DNA of 64,000 nucleotides, from positions 28,458,001 to 28,522,000 of the forward strand of contig NC_043002.1 in NCBI RefSeq assembly GCF_006345805.1, written 5' to 3'. Of the stretch, positions 55,541 to 64,000 are shown piece after piece. Within the stretch, counting starts at the first letter, position 1. The number at the start of each line of letters is the position of its first letter. Position numbers and translations under genes: made by a program. The notes below the pieces were generated by a model, which saw only the letters and a program-made list of their open reading frames with translations, was not told the origin of the DNA and searched no databases. The DNA comes from Octopus sinensis. Lineage: Eukaryota.

Positions 55541-55960
55541 GTGAGCTGGCAGAATCGTTAGCACGCTGTGCAAAATGTTTAGCGGTATTTCACTCGTCCT
55601 TACGTTCCGAATTAAAATTCCGCCGAGGTCGTCTTTACCTTTCATCCTTTCGGGGTCGATAAATAAAGTACCAGGGGTCGATGTAATCGACTAGTCTCCT
55701 ACCCCCAAATTCCAGGCCTTGTACCTTTAATAGATAGGATTATTATTATTATCCACAAGTTTCCAGCAGTCTTTCAAGTGCTTAGAACCCTCCTGATATT
55801 CCTTATTGTTCGACCCCACGTTCTAAGTTCAAATTCCGCCGATTTTGCTTTTCATCCTTTCGGGGTCGATAAATTAAGTACCAGTGAAACAGTGGACTCA
55901 ATGTAATCGACTAGTCACTTCCCCCACAATTTCAGGCCTTACACTTATAGTGGAAAGGAT
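55541..55960 (+). mobile_element. Two SINE D (tail type 2) copies, the second headless
   Basis: ggtgagctggcagaatcgttagc.. at 55541-55745 and acgttctaagttcaaattccgcc.. at ~55812-55960. Confidence 0.8.
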
Positions 55961-55965
55961 TGTTG

Positions 55966-55997
<32 letters not shown>

Positions 55998-56379
55998 GGT
56001 TGTCATGGTGGTCGTGGTCGTCGTCGTCGTCGCCGATGTGAATGGTGGGCATTATTGAAACTGCCGTGACATAAACAATTGAACTTTGAATTCATTTCCT
56101 CCTCGTTCGTAGGAAAAGCACCTGTTCATTGCCTCTTATGGCATTCCTTTAAGGCTATGCAGTGTAAAACTAAAGTTATATTTTTTGTTTATTTACTGTA
56201 TCGTTACGGATTTTATATACTCTTTCATTCATTTTTGTATTTTGTTCTTAATGAAACTCCCACAGCTAATATAACATTATATAAGAAACCTCTACAATGT
56301 AATATATTCTCAGGCTTCACTCTCACGCCAAATAAGAAATAACAACAGCACGGTAGACTCTATAAATGATGCCGGCACA

Positions 56380-57175
56380 AGAGAAATTTCTTAGCCTCTC
56401 ACACCACACATTCAGCCTAGATAAAATTACACAACCCACTCAATCTCAGCACAATCTTCCGCCTTAAAGGCAATACAATCAAGAGCCCAACGGAAAATCA
56501 AAATAGAAGTATTTTACAAATCCCTAGAGAATCTTACAAATAACGATATAATATAAAGGGACGATAACATTCGAGATATATTCCAGAGTAGTGGTAATAA
56601 ACTGGAATAAACACACACACACACACAGAGAGGCACAAACACAAACACAAACATACATTACACAACCAAAATCTTCTTAACGTAAAACTCGAGCAAGCTG
56701 CACACGATTTGGAAAAACAGCGATAAAATCGTAATATGTAAAAGTAATTAGAGTAATTGATCTATTAGCTATTATGAACGAAAAGATTATGTTACAAAAA
56801 TCAATAATATACTGTACGAAAACAGTAAATTCGTTAAAATTAAGAAAGATAACACTGCTCGACTAAATATTAAACTGAACAAATTGATTACTGCATCAAA
56901 TTCACAAATAAGATCTATTTCTTTCTAGTACATATAATTTAGCCCTCTATACCATAAAAGGTTGACCCATAAAGATTCAGAGGTGGAATAACTCCACTTC
57001 GACCTTATAAATGTCTGAATCAACGCACTACATCACGAAATCCTTAAACAACTAGACAGCAAGTATGATCTGGTAACTTGTACCATATTGTCGCTTATTG
57101 TTTTAGGTGTCTATGTGGTCATGAGCAAACATGACACTCGCTTGATCTTTCCACTCTTGACTCAGACGGAGAGAG

Positions 57176-57218
<43 letters not shown>

Positions 57219-57880
57219 TGAGTGAGAGAGAGAGTGAGAGTGAGAGAGAGAGCGACATAATGTTCGGATAGTACTCATTTTTAGCTCTGTAACCTGGAAC
57301 AACGTGCAGTGCAATGTTTTGCTCAAGGATACAGCGCACCTCCCAGTCCAGGAATCGAACTTACTTACCAACTAACAGTTGTTAGTCCAACACTTTGACC
57401 ACTAGACCACAACTGTTGGGCCATGCGCCTTGACATATAACTACGAAATAACTGTAAGAATATATTCATAAAAATTAACGCCAGCGTTAGAAACATCTAC
57501 TTCAACATCTGTTCACAAACCTCCAGGTCACAGAACGGTCTTCAGACAATCAATGTTAATATAAACAATTGAATGGAAGCATGGAAGTTATAAACGTCGT
57601 TGACTAAAACTGTTTTTTTTTTTTTGGAACACACATGTACAACGTTTTCTCATCCGTTTACCATTCATATATAACAAGGAACCCTTTATAGAACAATGTA
57701 ATACAGAATATAAAACATAACTAAGTAGAAAAACAGTTAAGAACACAACAATTCTTAATAGAATTCGGCAAAAAGTATTAGAAAATTAGCTACAGAAGCT
57801 TTATTAATTAGAAAATTACAAACCCAAAACCAACAGAATTTGTGCTCTAAACTATAATGCTAATGTAGAATCCTTCGATT
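56380..57880 (+). mobile_element. Highly decayed Penelope-like (Poseidon-type) element, interrupted by a SINE
   Basis: KNSDKIVICKS..KDYVTKINNIL..SKFVKIKKD..KLNKLI..THKD..PLRP (RT N-terminal region) and ATEALLIRK..KP (GIY-YIG C-terminal region). Confidence 0.6.
57105..57430 (-). mobile_element. Degraded CORE-type SINE containing a (GA)n tract
   Basis: ttttgctcaaggatacagcgcacc..ccaggaatcgaac matches the head and CORE domain in reverse. Confidence 0.6.
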
Positions 57881-58123
57881 AAGTTACAACATCGTTTCGT
57901 TTTTTAGGCTTCTGTTTTTGTTTTTCCTAGGAATATCCTTGATCTATTTCAAGGCCCATTTCATACCTGCCACAGAAATATCGCTCAGAAAATGAGACCA
58001 AGACTGTTTAAAAGAACTAATGAATTTAGTGACATCATTTTTCCAGACTAAACAAAGAATTAATCAGAAAATACGAAACATTGTTAATATAATACTTAAA
58101 CTTGGTTAGTTTTTCTCTCTTTG

Positions 58124-58178
<55 letters not shown>

Positions 58179-58828
58179 CTATGTGAGCGTGTATGATAGA
58201 CTGATTTGGCATAGAGTTATTTAGATAATTTATTCAAAAGATAATTTATTGAATAAAAGCTAGTGTAAAGTGTATGCGTGCATGCGTATCTGTGTGCATT
58301 TACGCTTGTGTCTGCGTATATAGGTTGGTATGCGAGAAAGTAGGTGTGAGTGGGTTTTATTATTATTATTAGGTTTTATTATTACTAAGCATAACAATAA
58401 GTCTTCAATGCTCAGTTATATGTCAGATATCTGTCAGTGTATAGATTATAATCTAAACGTATAATAATGGAGGCGGTTTGAAACACAGGGCTAACAGTTG
58501 TGATGAATTATGGCCGTTGAGAAAGGTCGTTAGCATCACAACACTTCTTGACTTTGCAATCCTGGTTTTCGCATACACATAAGCATATGCTTATGTATAC
58601 CTACAAATACACGTACTCATGCACATGCATACCTACACCCATATGTTGCGTAAGTGTGTGCATATATATATATGTACGTGTGTGCATGTGTGTGTATACA
58701 TATATATATACATTCAAGCACACACATATACACACACGCATACATATATATATACATATATATATATAGCTTTCATGCAGATAGACAGACAGACAGACAG
58801 ACAGATATATATATATATATATATATAT

Positions 58829-58877
<49 letters not shown>

Positions 58878-59204
58878 CAGACAGAACCTCGTTAATGTGA
58901 AAGCAGGTGTAAATTACATATATACATTACATAACTACATTCATCTGCATTATATGCATTTATTAAGAGATTAGTTTGATATATATGCGAAGGCAATTAT
59001 GAATATCACGTGTGCATGTAAACACGTATACATTTATATATACACTCACGAAAACAATACACCGATACATGTACACATACTACTTGCATATTCATGAATG
59101 TATTCAAATATGTAGGTGTGTGTATGTACACACACACACACACATAGTTAGGTGTATATATATATATATGTATGTATATATACACTCATATATGTATTTA
59201 TGTG

Positions 59205-59235
<31 letters not shown>

Positions 59236-59409
59236 ATATATCTCTGTATACGCACAGAATATGGACATACGCGCGCGCACATATTTCTATCACACATGCT
59301 ATACATACATTCGTTCATAAATACGCAGACCTATACCACGCACGCACGTATACTTATATATGTGTTGTAACTTAATTATACATGTACACATAGACATGCG
59401 GTTATGTAT

Positions 59410-59441
<32 letters not shown>

Positions 59442-59483
59442 GCACACAGATATATGTGTGTGTGCATGCATACGTATCTAATA

Positions 59484-59553
<70 letters not shown>

Positions 59554-59654
59554 GTGTGTGTGTGTGTCTCAGAATATATGTTCCCCAGCATGGCCAAGTC
59601 TAATGACTGAAACAAGTAAAATATATGTTTACATGTATGTATGCATACATATAC

Positions 59655-59715
<61 letters not shown>

Positions 59716-59739
59716 ACATATATACATATATGTATATGC

Positions 59740-59772
<33 letters not shown>

Positions 59773-59798
59773 AACAAATATATATACATATACACATG

Positions 59799-59837
<39 letters not shown>

Positions 59838-60838
59838 ATAATTAGATACATATGTACACATACACAATACACATAGAGGGAGAGAGTCACACATACATGT
59901 AACAATATACGCAGAGAGCAATACTTAATAACGTCATAAATTTCAAAGCAGATTCCAACATATTCCAGAACCAGATCATATTCCGTCTGTTCTTTCCACC
60001 CATTTATATATAAATTCTACCTTACACGCAGCACATTTGCATTTTATTCTCAGCAAACATCCACCCATCACTGCCCATCGCTTACACACTAACCAGCACC
60101 CAAAAACATGTAGCATCATTCTATACAGAACAGCAAATATTCTATAATGAAAAAACACCGATAAAATACGCCGCAGTTACCCTTATTTCCAGACATCATC
60201 TTGTATTCTTATGTAAACTTATCAACCAGCGCCTAACTCCATCTATCATGTCGCCTGCAATATGTGCCCACACATCAACCGCCTACGCCAGTCAATTTGA
60301 ATAAAGATTAAAAGATTAGTACTCCTACATTCCAGCTTAGACCACGAACCACCCCGAAGACATTTTCATACTATAACAACCTATATTGAGACGAAATATC
60401 ACTCAGCATACTAATTCCTTGTACATAGTTATTCACTGGTATACTTCTCGAACTATTGGATATATTTCCTGGTGTTTTGGAAACCGATAATTTTATGTCA
60501 TCAATCATCAATCATACTGTGGGGGCATGTTGGGATGACCAATAACGTCTTGTAACTGACTTCCGGTCTGTAGTGGAATATATTGTTTGTAAAGATACAA
60601 CGGCATGTGGTATATTTTTAACCATGCAGTCCGCTCTCTCTCTCTTTCTCTCTGATGTGATTGTGTCTATGATCTCTTTTACGCTTTTCGTACATTCATT
60701 TAGACTGCGATATGCTGAGGTACCGCTTTGACCGTTTCAGTAGAGCAAATCGACCACTGCCATTTTGAAATACATACATACATACATACATACATACATA
60801 CATACATACATACACACACACATACATACATACATACA

Positions 60839-60872
<34 letters not shown>

Positions 60873-60899
60873 CGTACGTATTTACATAATACATACATA

Positions 60900-61325
60900 T
60901 ACAGATGACAAGTTCAGATTTATACCTGTAATTATTGGGGCCCTGGGATATGTAACACACTGCCTAAATACCAATCTTGAGAAATTAGGCTTCTCAAAAC
61001 CAGAAAGGAGAAAGCTAACTCTAAGACTACAGATCTAATCCATCACTGGAACTGGAAAAATCTGTAAAACTTTCCAGACCTTTATCATTGAAATATACAT
61101 GAGCTTGTCTAGATATACATCTATATGCAAGAGAAGACGTGCATAAAACAAAATATACAAATCTGCACATATACATACATGCATGCATACATAAATAAAT
61201 ACAAACATACAAAAATACCCTGTTGTTGATGATGAAATTCCAATGAAGGAGCCTTGGATCTAGGTTAGAAACCGGCTCTTTCTCAATTGGCAAGAAATCT
61301 TGAAATAAAACTAAACAATGACAAA
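60900..61325 (+). mobile_element. 3' end of a further REL-type LINE (distinct family) with 3' UTR
   Basis: [53 protein letters not shown]. Confidence 0.7.
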
Positions 61326-61399
61326 CACACTTAATATATGTTCATATGTATGTATTCATATAACTCAACTTCATTTAAATATATATGGGACCCAGTTAG

Positions 61400-61757
61400 A
61401 ATTCTCTTCAGGTCGAGTAGCCCATCCTACTCAAGAAGTCCTTGAATAAGGTTTGTTTTAAGGATGATGAACAAAACATCCATGTTTCCAGAGATGAACT
61501 ATTCAAACCCTGAATAATTCCTCCCAACACATGTCTATGATGCTCCCCCACTATTTCTGCTCGTGATCAGAGATGCACATATCATCAGAGACATGGTCAA
61601 CTGGTTACGGTCAAACAACTGACAAGTAAATCTGTGGTATTAAGCAGAATATTTGCTGAAGCCCATCTTTTATACAAAGGCAATGTACATGATAACACTT
61701 CCAATAAGTTAAGATCAAAAGTCATGAGAGTCACTGCCTGGTACTGCATCAAGGCAT
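61400..61757. mobile_element. Interspersed repeat family G (second copy at 62830-63022)
   Basis: ctgctcgtgatcagagatgcacatatc..ggtcaaacaactga..aaatctgt..aagcagaatatttgctg..tactgcatca occurs at both loci. Confidence 0.75.
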
Positions 61758-61771
61758 TATTATTATTATTA

Positions 61772-61818
<47 letters not shown>

Positions 61819-61842
61819 ATCATCATCATCATTATCATTATT

Positions 61843-61874
<32 letters not shown>

Positions 61875-62029
61875 CATCATCATCATTTTCAACTTTTAAT
61901 CTGCATGTTTGTTACAATCACTTGCCGAGACACACCCAGCGACCCGTGGCGAGTGAAGGATATGAGATGTTACAGTTTGACTGAATGGTTGGGGATTTTA
62001 ATAATAATAAAAATAATAATAATAATAAC

Positions 62030-62092
<63 letters not shown>

Positions 62093-62169
62093 CATTATTT
62101 TTATTTTTATCATTATTATCATTATTATTATTATGATTATCATTATTATTATTGCTGTTGGTGTTGTTG

Positions 62170-62630
62170 TTATTGTTATCAACTTCTTTCAATTTTGTTT
62201 CCATTTCTCGCCGAGTGTCTTCCTAGGGCAGAGAAACTCACTGTATACATTGGTAGGTCATTAAATTAAACACACCAGGTTCTTCATTCACAAAGTTATG
62301 TGATAGAGAAAAATGGGAAGAAAGGCAGAAATAAAAAGAAAAAGAAAAACTGAAAAAAGTAACCAAAAGAAAATAAAGGGGAAAAAAGAAAGAAAATTCA
62401 CAGCGCCGATGCTCTTCTCAATACGTGTAAGGTACCAGTTAGAACAATCTTTTGCACTTTTTGTATGGACGATAAGCCAGGGATCATTCTCAAATAGCGT
62501 TCAGTTCCTTTTTTTTTTTTTATCATTCCAAGTGTTCTTACAATCACTGATATAGTAACCGTCTTGAGATGCCACATCTTTCCGATTTCGATCAGCAAAT
62601 CTTTATATTTTCTGAGCTTATCAAATACTT
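62170..62630 (-). mobile_element. 3' end of an R4/Dong-like LINE (similar to the 52680 subfamily)
   Basis: LIEIGKMWHLKTVTISVIVRTLGMIKK..PGLSSIQKVQKIVLTGTLHVLRRA, then a 3' UTR and an (AAT/AAC)n tail. Confidence 0.8.
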
Positions 62631-62632
62631 TA

Positions 62633-62684
<52 letters not shown>

Positions 62685-63024
62685 TTCCATTTTACTTCTC
62701 AAATTTGGTTGTTTCGATTAATTCTGTAAGAACAGACAACAACCTATTGTCAAATGTCTCACTGGGTCTCTTTCGACGACACTTAACATCCAATTACCAA
62801 TGTCAAAATCTTCGCTCTCAACACATGGCTATGATGTACCCCCACTACTTCTGCTCGTGATCAGAGATGCACATATCGTCAACCACTAAACGACATGCTC
62901 AACTGCTTAAGGTCAAACAACTGAGAAACAAATCTGTTGCATTAAGCAGAATATTTGCTGCAGCCCCTCTCTATATCAAGACAAAAGCCATGATAGCCCA
63001 GTGCCTAATACTGCATCAGGACAT

Positions 63025-63600
63025 CAAAGATGAAAGGCAAAGTTGACCTCGGCAGCATTTGAACTCAGAACGTAAAGACAGACGAAATGCCGTTAAGCAT
63101 TTTTTCCCAGCGTGCTAACGATTCTGCCAGCTCGCCGTCCTGCTAACGATTCTGCTAGCTCGCCGCCTTGCTAACGATTCTTTCTTTATTGCCCTCAAGG
63201 GGCTAAACATAGAGGGGACAAACAAGGACAGACAGACAAACGGATTAAGTCGATTACATCGACCCCAGTGCGTAACTGGTACTTACTTTATCGACCTCGT
63301 AAGGATGAAAGGCAAAGTCGACCTCGGTGGATTTTGAATTCAGAACATAAAGACAGACGAAATACCTATTTCTTTACTATCCACAAGGGGCTAAACACAG
63401 AAAGGACAAACAAGGACTGACGAACGGATTAATTCGATTATATCGACCCCAGTGCGTAACTGCTACTTATTTAATCGACCCCGAAAGGATAAAAGGCAAA
63501 GTCAACCTCGGCGGAATTTGAACTCAGAACGTAGCGGCAGACGAAATGCCGCTAAGCATTTCGCCCGGCATGCTAACGATTCTTTCAGCTCGCCTCTTTG
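63025..63600 (-). mobile_element. SINE D concatemer: dimer + triplicated head + partial third unit
   Basis: Junction gaaatagg|tatttcgtc at 63361-63372 (reverse complement); tgctaacgattc(tgccagctcgcc) repeated three times at 63113-63180. Confidence 0.85.
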
Positions 63601-63720
63601 CTAATGATTCTGCCAGCACCGTTATTGTTGTTGTTATTATTATTATTATTATTATTATATTATTATTATTATTATATTATTATTATTATTATTATTATTA
63701 TTATCATCATCATCATCATG

Positions 63721-63935
63721 AAGGCGGTGAGCTGGCAGAATCGTTAGTAGGCTGGACGAAATACTTAGCGGTATATCTTGTGTACACGTTCTGAGTTCAA
63801 ATACCGCCGATGTCAACTTTGCCTTTCCTCCTTTCGGGGTCGATAAATTAAGTACCAGTGAAACACTGAGGTCGATGTCATATCGGCTATCCCCCTCCCC
63901 AAAATTTCAGGCCTTGTTCGTATAATAGAGAGGAT
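63721..63935 (+). mobile_element. SINE D (tail type 2)
   Basis: aaggcggtgagctggcagaatcgttag..ccctccccaaaatttcaggccttg. Confidence 0.85.
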
Positions 63936-64000
63936 TTTAATGTGGTGGTGGTAGTAGTGGTGCTGGTGATCGTAGTAGTCGTAGTTGTACCACCAACACC

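Overview
This is repeat-dense, AT-rich eukaryotic genomic DNA, probably intronic or intergenic. The SINE families, the microsatellite load and the mix of Dong/R4, Penelope, RTE and Tx1 elements resemble an octopus (coleoid cephalopod) genome; this is pattern recognition, not a database result. No intact protein-coding gene, rRNA, true tRNA or CRISPR array is visible, and most ORFs in the six-frame track are microsatellite artefacts. Recognisable content: a decayed Tc1 and a decayed mariner transposon (both with TIRs), a non-autonomous Helitron, a hAT-type MITE, about six R4/Dong-like or other REL-endonuclease LINE pieces, a split Tx1/L1-like LINE, RTE remnants, three or more Penelope-like elements (GIY-YIG and/or RT) and many tRNA-derived SINEs from several families. 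A few isolated candidate exons have good splice sites but could not be assigned to a gene. The most interesting structure is at ~23.6-24.2 kb: a tRNA-headed (Pol III A/B box) short element whose 3' module carries a Penelope-type minimal hammerhead-ribozyme motif, present as an inverted pair.
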